DNA of 64,000 nt from Candidatus Heimdallarchaeota archaeon (GTDB taxonomy: Archaea; Asgardarchaeota; Heimdallarchaeia; JABLTI01), in NCBI GenBank assembly GCA_019058275.1, contig JAHLVW010000050.1, forward strand, positions 1 through 64,000, read 5' to 3'. The translations under genes and the position numbers were made by a program. Within the stretch, counting starts at the first letter, position 1. Each line of letters opens with the position of its first letter. Below the pieces are notes generated by a model. It was not told where the DNA came from. It saw only the letters and a program-made list of their open reading frames with translations, and did not search any database. Positions 22,287-30,632 of the stretch are shown piece by piece.

Positions 22287-23426
22287 TTACTGGAATGTTT
22301 CTAAACCTAAATCAAGGTCTTCTTCAAAATCAATATCTAATCCAAGAGCATTAGAATCTTGTATGTTTGATAGAATATATGGACTTCTCACACCACTTAC
22401 AACGATGGTAGCACGAATTATTCCTTGTAGGTCAGGATCAATCAATACACCGAATTTGACAATAATGTCAGTGCTTAATTGATCTGTAACTGCACGAATA
22501 ACTTCCTCAGTTTGTTTGAGATTCAAATCTTTGCCACCAGTAATGTTTAGTAGAACACTTTTTGCAGTTCTAATATCAATATCCAACAGTGGGTTACTCA
22601 AAGCATCCTCTACAGCTTCTTTCGCTCTATTATCAGGACTATCAGATTCACCTAAGCCAATAATTGCTGCTCCACCTTCTCCGAGAACTCTTCGGACATC
22701 TGCAAAGTCAACATTAACATCACCAGGTCTATTAATGAGCTCAGTAAGACCAGTGACAGCTCTAATTAGTATTTCATCAGCAACTAGGAAGGCTTCTTTA
22801 AGTGACAAGTCTGGGACAATTTCAATTAGCTTCTCATTAGGAACAACAATGGTTGTGTCGCTACTTTCATATAGACGTCTCAAACCTTCTCGAGCGTTTT
22901 GAGCTTTTATTCGTCCTTCTACATCAAATGGCAAAGTACAAATTGAAACAGTTAGAACACCTAAGTTTTTGGCTAATCTGGAAATTACTGGAGCTGCGCC
23001 TGTTCCAGTACCACCACCAAGACCACAAACAATGAAACACATATCTACTTGTGAAAGTATGCCCTTAATTGTCTCACTTGATTCTTCTGCTGCTTCAGCA
23101 CCTATTTGTGGATCGTTACCTGCACCAAGACCTCTGCAAAGGGCTCGTCCAAGAAGCATCTTCTTGTGACTGCGAGAATAGAGCAATTGTTGAGCATCTG
23201 TGTTAGCAGAAAGTGTAATAGCACCTATAATACCTGTTTGATTCAATCTAGTAATAGCGTTATTACCTGCACCACCCACACCGATAACCAAGATTTTAGC
23301 TTGAATATCCTCAATTATTTTACGTAAATCATTGTCTACATCCACGGAATCGTGTTTAGCTTCTCCTTTAGAAAATAAAGAAGGTACCTGCTCTTTTTCA
23401 GTTATATTTTTGATAAATGATTCCAA
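22287..23426 (-). CDS. ftsZ: Cell division protein FtsZ
   Basis: GVGGAGNN, NTDAQQL, GLGAGNDP, GLGGGTGTG tubulin signature, NVDFADV. Confidence 0.97.
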   Translation of the reverse strand: MESFIKNITEKEQVPSLFSKGEAKHDSVDVDNDLRKIIEDIQAKILVIGVGGAGNNAITRLNQTGIIGAITLSANTDAQQLLYSRSHKKMLLGRALCRGLGAGNDPQIGAEAAEESSETIKGILSQVDMCFIVCGLGGGTGTGAAPVISRLAKNLGVLTVSICTLPFDVEGRIKAQNAREGLRRLYESSDTTIVVPNEKLIEIVPDLSLKEAFLVADEILIRAVTGLTELINRPGDVNVDFADVRRVLGEGGAAIIGLGESDSPDNRAKEAVEDALSNPLLDIDIRTAKSVLLNITGGKDLNLKQTEEVIRAVTDQLSTDIIVKFGVLIDPDLQGIIRATIVVSGVRSPYILSNIQDSNALGLDIDFEEDLDLGLETFQ

Positions 23427-23484
23427 AGTTCCTCACCTATAATTTCCTTATATCAAGAGGTAATTAAAAACCCGTGTGAGACCA

Positions 23485-23506
23485 AGAACATGTTCTAATA
23501 TTTATA
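23485..23506 (-). promoter_or_regulatory. Putative ftsZ promoter: TATA box plus adjacent 12-bp palindrome
   Basis: TATAAATA on the minus strand at 23499-23506, then AGAACATGTTCT at 23485-23496; GGTGAGG SD-like motif before the TTG start. Confidence 0.45.
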
Positions 23507-23589
23507 GAGATATTATCTGTGGAATACCTTGAGGAAAAACCATTAATTTTTGATAAAAATGATGAAAAATGGTTTGAAATTTCCAACAT

Positions 23590-24705
23590 TTAGATTGAAA
23601 CGACTATAAGAATCATTGTTACTAAAGCAAGAAATGAAGATACTAATGAAACCAATCCCATTGAAAGAACAATTTCCTTTTCACTTAAAGGTTGTTTGCT
23701 AACTAACCAACGAGTCAAGGTTAAAGGTGCTTTTTCATTGGGGTTTGCAGCAACTTTAGTTTCTTTCTCCTTCTCACTTAGTTCAAGAACTTTAGTTGGT
23801 CTTTCCTTTATTTCCCTTCGCTCTCTAAAACCTCTGATGCTATGAATAATCTGGAAGGAATTCATAATTTGAGGCATCATTGCTACAATAATGATGATCT
23901 CAATTCGACCAAAGATTGCTACCAGAGCAATAACTGCTCCTACTGTTAGACTACCAGTATCTCCACAAAAGATCTTGGCGGGGTATTTGTTGAACCAGAA
24001 GAAGGCAAAGAGACAACTGAAAAGCAAGATTGACAAGACCATTCCTGGGAAGGTAACAATACCTTTGAAATAAAAGACCAGAGTAGCGATAATGCCAGTT
24101 CCTGAAACAGCTAACATAGTAACAGGAGTTGAGCCATTCATGACATCAATCATATTTGTTGCATTTGATAAAACGGTAATAGCAAAGGGAACTAGTATCC
24201 AATAAATAATCGTAATTCTAACTTGACCTATCAAAGGTAGATAGGGAGTAGGATCAAATAAAAGCAAACCATCATTAGCAAAAGAGGGATTTTCAACAAG
24301 CTGCCAAATGATAATGGGAATACTTGGAATTAGTAGCAAGAAAGGTTTGACTATCGCACCTAATGCTTTAAGATCATCCCAAACACCAATTGCACCAACA
24401 ATCAGAATTACAAGAGTAGCGACAGTGAAGTGTTGCCAGTAGTCTTCCCTGAAGATAAAGATACAAGAAAAGGTAACTATCAGCATAACTATTACGAAAC
24501 CAACACCACCCATCTCTGCAACTTTTGGTTTGTCAGCTTTATGGACATCATGACCATAAATACCCTTTTTCAAGAAATACTTGCTGAGAAACCAAGTTAT
24601 AAAGAACGTAGTAGCAAAAGAGAAAACAAAGATGATTATTAACCAAATCCATTCCATTAAATCCATTTCTACCACGTTCAGACTAATATCGGTGTTGAAC
24701 AGCAT
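23590..24705 (-). CDS. UDP-GlcNAc:dolichyl-phosphate GlcNAc-1-phosphate transferase (GPT/AglH, MraY-like family)
   Basis: DVHK...VAEMGG, GVWDD, NATNMIDVMNG, FNKYPAKIFCGDTG. Confidence 0.85.
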   Translation of the reverse strand: MLFNTDISLNVVEMDLMEWIWLIIIFVFSFATTFFITWFLSKYFLKKGIYGHDVHKADKPKVAEMGGVGFVIVMLIVTFSCIFIFREDYWQHFTVATLVILIVGAIGVWDDLKALGAIVKPFLLLIPSIPIIIWQLVENPSFANDGLLLFDPTPYLPLIGQVRITIIYWILVPFAITVLSNATNMIDVMNGSTPVTMLAVSGTGIIATLVFYFKGIVTFPGMVLSILLFSCLFAFFWFNKYPAKIFCGDTGSLTVGAVIALVAIFGRIEIIIIVAMMPQIMNSFQIIHSIRGFRERREIKERPTKVLELSEKEKETKVAANPNEKAPLTLTRWLVSKQPLSEKEIVLSMGLVSLVSSFLALVTMILIVVSI

Positions 24706-24908
24706 TTAGTCAATTAAAAAATTTTTGATGATTGACGACTTTCAAACAACACTTACAAAGAAATTATAAATGAGAATTAGAGCTAGAAGCGTTAATTAAA
24801 GCTAAAACAGACTTGAAAAACTATTTATTTATACGATTGCAAGTTAACCAATTACTCGAATTAATGAAATTGTAATTTTTGTAAAAAAACAAAGAAGGTA
24901 AATGAAAA

Positions 24909-26774
24909 TTGTCAAAACAAAAAACCAAAATGCTACTTAGTGGTAATGAAGCCATAGCAAGGGGCATTTTGGAAGCAGGAGTAGACATAGCAGCAGCGTA
25001 TCCAGGAACACCTTCAACCGAAATCATGGGAACAATAGCCATATTCGGGAAAGAAACTGGAATGCATGCTGAATGGTCAATAAATGAAAAAGTAGCATTT
25101 GAGGTAGCATTAGGTGCCTCATGGAGTGGGTTAAGGTCATTTACTGCTGCAAAACATGTAGGGTTAAATGTAGCAGCAGATTCGTTCTTTACAGCAGCGC
25201 TATTTGGTGGTATGAAAGGAGGATTCGTCATGACTATTGCTGATGATCCAAGTTTTCATTCAAGCCAAAATGAGCAAGATACAAGAATGTACGCATTAGC
25301 AGCTCATGCAATTTGTATGGAACCATCAACACCACAAGAAGCATTGGATATGATAAAATATGCTTATGAATTCTCTGAGAAATGGGAATCATTGGTAATT
25401 CTTCGTTCTACAACAAGATTAAGTCACTCGAGAGGACCAGTTGAACTAGGAGAGATACCACCCAATAAGGATAACCACAAAGGAGAATTTGTGAAAGATC
25501 CAGCGAAATTTGTTTGCTTGCCAGGAAATGCTAGAAGAACAAAACCACTACTATTAGCGAAAATGGAAGAGCTAAAGGACTATGCTTGCAATTCTAAATG
25601 GAATGTAGTAGAAGAAGGGAAAGATCCATTACTAATCATAACTTCAGGAGTATCTTATACATACGTAAAAGATGCAATACAAGAAATGGGCATTAATCCA
25701 ACAATCTACAAAATTGGATTCAGTAATCCATTACCTGAAGCAAAAATAATTGAATTTCTAAAGAAACATCCTAAATGCTTGATTGCTGAAGAAGTAGAAC
25801 CTTATTTAGAATTAAATGTAAAAGCTCTAGCAGCTGAAAACAGGATACAAGTCAAAATATATGGCAGAAAGGAAAAGGTAATTCCAATATCCAACGAATT
25901 AAATCCACTTATTCTAATAGAAGCAATTTCAAAAGTAATGGATAAAAAAGTTGAAGGTATTGATGAAAAACTCCCTACTCTAGGTGAAATTAACGAACAA
26001 TTACCAAATAGACCACCTGAACTATGCGCAGGATGTCCCCACAGAGCAACATATTATGCGATAAAAAGAGCTTCAAGAAAAAGAAGTCTAAAACCAATAA
26101 TGCCAGGGGATATAGGATGCTATACTCTAGGATTTATGCCACCATTGAATTCTGTGGATACAACAGTAGCAATGGGAGCATCAATAGGAATTGCTAATGG
26201 AATCGCTCAAGCAACAAATCAGGTAGTGATACCAGTAATTGGTGACAGTACATTCTTTCATACAGGCATACCACCATTAATCAATGCAATTGTTAACAAT
26301 GCAAAATTCACTTTAGTAATAATGGACAACAGAACTACAGCAATGACCGGTTTTCAACCGACGCCTGAAACTGGTAAAGGCGCTTTTGGTGATCCTACAG
26401 GTATTGTTACTATAGAACAAGTTGTTAAAGGACTTGGTATTAAAAATCTACATATTATAGATCCCTATGATCTTGATAACGCTATTGATGTCATTGGTAA
26501 AACCCTTGATTCTGGTGAACTGTCAGTTATCATTTCTCGTCGTGACTGTGCTTTAGAATATATTCGTAAGATGCGCAAAGCTAAGAAAGAGCTTGACAAA
26601 TACTACACTGACGAAGAAATTTGTATTGGCTGTCGCACTTGTGTCCGTAGTTTTGCTTGTCCGGCTATCACTTTTGACGATGAGAAGAAGAAATCTCATG
26701 TTGATGAATCCATGTGTATGGGTTGTGGCGTTTGTCGCATCCTCTGCCCTGTTGATGCTTTTACTAAGAGGTGA
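24909..26774 (+). CDS. iorA: Indolepyruvate:ferredoxin oxidoreductase alpha subunit
   Basis: GNEAIARG, YPGTPSTEI, NEKVAFE, SSQNEQD, LCAGCPH, GDIGC, GDSTFFH, two C-terminal 4Fe-4S motifs. Confidence 0.95.
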   Translation: MSKQKTKMLLSGNEAIARGILEAGVDIAAAYPGTPSTEIMGTIAIFGKETGMHAEWSINEKVAFEVALGASWSGLRSFTAAKHVGLNVAADSFFTAALFGGMKGGFVMTIADDPSFHSSQNEQDTRMYALAAHAICMEPSTPQEALDMIKYAYEFSEKWESLVILRSTTRLSHSRGPVELGEIPPNKDNHKGEFVKDPAKFVCLPGNARRTKPLLLAKMEELKDYACNSKWNVVEEGKDPLLIITSGVSYTYVKDAIQEMGINPTIYKIGFSNPLPEAKIIEFLKKHPKCLIAEEVEPYLELNVKALAAENRIQVKIYGRKEKVIPISNELNPLILIEAISKVMDKKVEGIDEKLPTLGEINEQLPNRPPELCAGCPHRATYYAIKRASRKRSLKPIMPGDIGCYTLGFMPPLNSVDTTVAMGASIGIANGIAQATNQVVIPVIGDSTFFHTGIPPLINAIVNNAKFTLVIMDNRTTAMTGFQPTPETGKGAFGDPTGIVTIEQVVKGLGIKNLHIIDPYDLDNAIDVIGKTLDSGELSVIISRRDCALEYIRKMRKAKKELDKYYTDEEICIGCRTCVRSFACPAITFDDEKKKSHVDESMCMGCGVCRILCPVDAFTKR

Positions 26775-26780
26775 AAAAAG

Positions 26781-27404
26781 ATGACCAAATTAGATAAATC
26801 CTATCAGATTGAAATTGCTGGTGTTGGCGGTACTGGAGTCTTAACAGCTGCTAATCTTATTGGTAATGCTGCTTTAATTTCAGATGTTTACATTGCTCAA
26901 AGCGAGATTCATGGTATGGCCCAACGAGGTGGTGTTGTCAACACTGAAATCCGTTTAGGACCTATCAGTGGACCTTTGATCCCCGATGGTGGAGCAGATG
27001 TTCTATTAAGCTTTGAACTTGGTGAAACTGCTCGAGCTATACGCAAACTCAATCCTAAAACTGGCTTTGTTATTATGAACAGTCATAAAATTATCCCACC
27101 AAGTCTAAGTGCTAAGAAAGGAACCAAATATCCTGAAGTAGAAGATATTCTTTCCATTATCACAAAATTCACTGACAAAGTTTACACTATTGACGCTTAT
27201 GAGCTTGCCACTCAAGCTGGTGATACTCGAACACAAAATGTTGTTCTTGTTGGTGCCCTTTTCGCAACCCCTGGTTTTCCATTAACTAAAGAATCTCTTG
27301 AGAAATCACTAAACATTAGATTCAAAGGAAATGAGAAAATCGTAGCAACTAACATGAAAGCTTTTGAGTTAGGTTATAACAAAATGAAAGAATTAATGAA
27401 GTAG
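26781..27404 (+). CDS. iorB: Indolepyruvate:ferredoxin oxidoreductase beta subunit
   Basis: GVGGTGVL, SEIHGMAQRGG, NMKAFELG. Confidence 0.93.
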   Translation: MTKLDKSYQIEIAGVGGTGVLTAANLIGNAALISDVYIAQSEIHGMAQRGGVVNTEIRLGPISGPLIPDGGADVLLSFELGETARAIRKLNPKTGFVIMNSHKIIPPSLSAKKGTKYPEVEDILSIITKFTDKVYTIDAYELATQAGDTRTQNVVLVGALFATPGFPLTKESLEKSLNIRFKGNEKIVATNMKAFELGYNKMKELMK

Positions 27405-27619
27405 TTTTTTTACTTCAACCTTTTTTTCTTATTGTTATTACTCAGTCGAAACTCAAAAATTCTTCCTATTTTTTAATTGAATATACATTCAAATAAAAAT
27501 AATTTTGTAAATTTTCATTGATTTAAAAAAAATCATTATTTTTGGCGTTAAGTATATAAATTACAAAAACAAACAAAGTAAAATTTAATGCTTAAATTAA
27601 AAACAGGAGATTAACATTA

Positions 27620-29449
27620 ATGGCAGTTAGTGTATCACTCGAGACAACTAGCGAACCTATTAAAAGATCTAGAAGATTTGCTACTTTGGATTTCGCACGA
27701 GGATTAGCTATTTTCTTAATGGTTGGACTTCATACATTAAGTTTGGTTCTTAATATACCTGATTTACTCGCGGATATAAATAATATACCTCTCGTTAATC
27801 TTATAGCTTTGATCATTATACCTTTTTATGGCGGAATTGCAGGATTTTTCCTCATTGTTTCTTCGACTAGTAATATGGTTAGTATGTATAGGAATCTTGA
27901 GAAAGGTCATTCTGTTAAAAGTATTGTAATAAAGCAAATTATTGGAGGAATTCTTTTACTGATATTTGCTATGTTATGTGAGGGGCTAATTGGTTATCAT
28001 GGTGCTTTTGGTAATTTCTTCTTACATCTTGATAATCCTGCAGAATACTTTCAATATGATCAAATTCTAAATTATGAGCATTGGACTGAAGATCTTGTTT
28101 ATAATTGGCAAACGTTGTTATTTCGATGGAATCATTTTGAGACAATTCATACAATTGCCTGGTGTTTGATTCTTAATGGAATAACTCAAGGATTACTCTC
28201 TCTTAAGAAAAATTGGCAGAATAGAAAACGAATGATAATTTCCTATGCTATATTAGCTGTTGTTGTTGTAATTTTAACACAACCAATTTGGGAATTAGTA
28301 AAAGTAATCTTACCAGGATATCCTTTTGGTTTCATATCTGAAACTGGTAATGTCCAATTTACTCCTGTGATCGGCGAAGATAGTTGGTGGCGGATTATTA
28401 CTGCACCATTTTTCAGTGCACTTGCTGCTCCTATGGAACCAATTTTCCCATATCTGGCTATATCATATATTGGTAGCATTATTGGAGTAGTGATAACTAA
28501 ACCTCGAGAAGAAACGAATAAAAATTTCCCGAGAATAATGTTTTCTGTTGGTTCAATAATGTTTATTGCTGGAACAATTGGTGTAATTGTCATTATTGTT
28601 GGTATTATTGGAACAACAGATTTTGATACCGCAATTACAGTGTATCAGTTAATACCTTATCATCGGCATTGGTCGCCAGATTACGCGAGCTATATACCAT
28701 TATTTTCTTGGTTTGCACAATTCCTTGCAGTTAATGGTTTTAGTCTAATGCTTGTAATGCTGCTCTTCAGATTAATTGAATATCGAGGTAAAAGTAAAAA
28801 ATTTTCAGATAAAACAAGGTTTATACGAAGATTTGGCACTGTAGCATTTTCAAATTACAATAACCAATATATCTACTATATTATGTTTTATTTAATGTCG
28901 TTAGCATTATACGGGAATCCGTATAACAAACTATTTTGGCCTGGAACATTTCTTACGATCTTTCTGACGTTAATTGTTTACTTACTGTTATTATTTGGTT
29001 GGGAAAAAATCAAGTACATCGGTTCTTTGGAATGGTTTATCCGAACTTTTACCAATAATGTAGTTCCAGCACGTAAACAGAAATTCGATTCTTCCGTCAA
29101 ATGGTGGCAAAAAGGACTAGTTGATGTTGAAGGTACCTTCTACAACCCCGAATGGATTGATTTAGTTAATCCTGAAGAAGATAAGGTAAAAAATGAGGAG
29201 CTATTTCTTTCAGAGAAAAGAGATTCAAAGCTTGCACTGATATTATCTATTGTTGGATTAGTTACAATTGTCCTCAATGCTGCAAGCATCTTTGGTTTGT
29301 TTGTTTCCTTAAATGCTAGAAAGATCGAAGGCAGAAGTAAACTTAACAATGCAGCTTTGATAATTTCCATTATTGGATGTGTTTTCTTTGTTACATTTTA
29401 TACCATAAGTTTCATTATTAAAATAGGAGCATTGGGTTTACCACTTTAA
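27620..29449 (+). CDS. Polytopic membrane protein, HGSNAT/DUF1624-like acyltransferase family
   Basis: RRFATLDFARGLAIFLMVGLH N-terminal motif, GSLEW near the C-terminus, more than 10 TM helices. Confidence 0.6.
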   Translation: MAVSVSLETTSEPIKRSRRFATLDFARGLAIFLMVGLHTLSLVLNIPDLLADINNIPLVNLIALIIIPFYGGIAGFFLIVSSTSNMVSMYRNLEKGHSVKSIVIKQIIGGILLLIFAMLCEGLIGYHGAFGNFFLHLDNPAEYFQYDQILNYEHWTEDLVYNWQTLLFRWNHFETIHTIAWCLILNGITQGLLSLKKNWQNRKRMIISYAILAVVVVILTQPIWELVKVILPGYPFGFISETGNVQFTPVIGEDSWWRIITAPFFSALAAPMEPIFPYLAISYIGSIIGVVITKPREETNKNFPRIMFSVGSIMFIAGTIGVIVIIVGIIGTTDFDTAITVYQLIPYHRHWSPDYASYIPLFSWFAQFLAVNGFSLMLVMLLFRLIEYRGKSKKFSDKTRFIRRFGTVAFSNYNNQYIYYIMFYLMSLALYGNPYNKLFWPGTFLTIFLTLIVYLLLLFGWEKIKYIGSLEWFIRTFTNNVVPARKQKFDSSVKWWQKGLVDVEGTFYNPEWIDLVNPEEDKVKNEELFLSEKRDSKLALILSIVGLVTIVLNAASIFGLFVSLNARKIEGRSKLNNAALIISIIGCVFFVTFYTISFIIKIGALGLPL

Positions 29450-29535
29450 TCCTATTTTTGTTTTTTTATAGCATTTCTCATTTCCGATTGTTTAAATAAT
29501 CTAGGGAGCAGTACTAATATAAGAGAAATTATAAA

Positions 29536-29841
29536 TTGGCTTTTTGGGAAATAGATGTCAGAAAGACCCACAGACAGGGAAGAAAATGTTCTAAATGTGG
29601 AACTGAATTAGGACAAAACAGTAATATTTGTCCTAAATGCTCACACGATGTTACTAAACGTGTTGATGTCAAAATTGACAAAAATGAGACACAAGTAGAA
29701 TGTCCAGGTTGTAAAGCTTTGAACAAACCTGGTAGCGTTACTTGTACTTCATGTGGATCTAATATAACAGAGCTCAAAATGTCTAAATCTATTGATTTAG
29801 ATATTTTACACATTACAGACAAAAGAAAGAAGAAAAAATAA
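29536..29841 (+). CDS. Double zinc-ribbon protein
   Basis: CSKC/CPKC and CPGC/CTSC pairs, basic tail. Confidence 0.8.
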   Translation: MAFWEIDVRKTHRQGRKCSKCGTELGQNSNICPKCSHDVTKRVDVKIDKNETQVECPGCKALNKPGSVTCTSCGSNITELKMSKSIDLDILHITDKRKKKK

Positions 29842-29913
29842 TCTCTTTTACCTGGTTAATATTCTTATTTTTAAAAGGTTTATTAGTCATAGTTGTTCTA
29901 AAACTAGCTGGAG

Positions 29914-30600
29914 TTGACTACCTTTCTCATCCTTGACAAATACTTAGATGATTCAAAAGTGGAAGTGACTTTCAGGAATAGTATAACAAATATTCACATT
30001 GATGAGTTATTATTCTTCAAGGATATGCAAATACCTGACTACTTGAAACTTTTTTATCAACAAACCAACGGTCTTCTTATTAAAAGTGAGTATTTTCTAG
30101 ATGATTTAGAGGACCCTTCACATCTATTAATTAACGCTTGCGATGAGCTTTTCTTTACTGCAAAAAGGGTTAACCTTCTCCCAGACAAGCGTTTTATTAG
30201 GTTTGCTGAAAACGAAGAAGATGCTTTCTATCTACTTGATATTGATAATTTAGATCCTAATGATAACCCCCTCATTGTACTTAGTATGCCCGTGTATAAA
30301 TTCACAATTCCATTAACAAATTCATTTGATGTTTTGCTTGAATCGGGTTGCTCAGGTCTTTTAGGTCTAATTGAAGGATTTGGTGCAAGTGAAGGAAAAG
30401 CTATTCCAGACATTCCACAGAAGATGCTAAAGAAGAAAAGCATAATACTTCCTATTTTGAAGGATTTCTTTGTTACTGCAAAAAGAGAGTATGAGCTTCT
30501 GGATATTTGGCATATTTCATCTAAAGCTAAAAGTCTGATTAATCACAGCACTGCATTGTGGTTTAAGGGATTAAAAAGTCTACTTAATGCTTTCAAGTGA
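29914..30600 (+). CDS. SMI1/KNR4 (SUKH)-like protein
   Basis: IPDYLKLFYQQTNG, FIRFAENEEDAFYLLD, NSFDVLL match the SUKH pattern. Confidence 0.6.
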   Translation: MTTFLILDKYLDDSKVEVTFRNSITNIHIDELLFFKDMQIPDYLKLFYQQTNGLLIKSEYFLDDLEDPSHLLINACDELFFTAKRVNLLPDKRFIRFAENEEDAFYLLDIDNLDPNDNPLIVLSMPVYKFTIPLTNSFDVLLESGCSGLLGLIEGFGASEGKAIPDIPQKMLKKKSIILPILKDFFVTAKREYELLDIWHISSKAKSLINHSTALWFKGLKSLLNAFK

Positions 30601-30632
30601 TTAGAAAATAAAAAGAAAGAAAAGGGATTAGC

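Noticed and set aside
23485-23496. LexA/Cheo SOS box
   Set aside because: Spacing is GAAC-N2-GTTC, not N4, and archaea lack the canonical LexA regulon; kept only as a generic palindrome.
26772-26783. iorA-iorB read-through fusion (same frame across TGA)
   Set aside because: GAGGTGA is a normal archaeal SD motif overlapping the stop, and both subunits have standard lengths.
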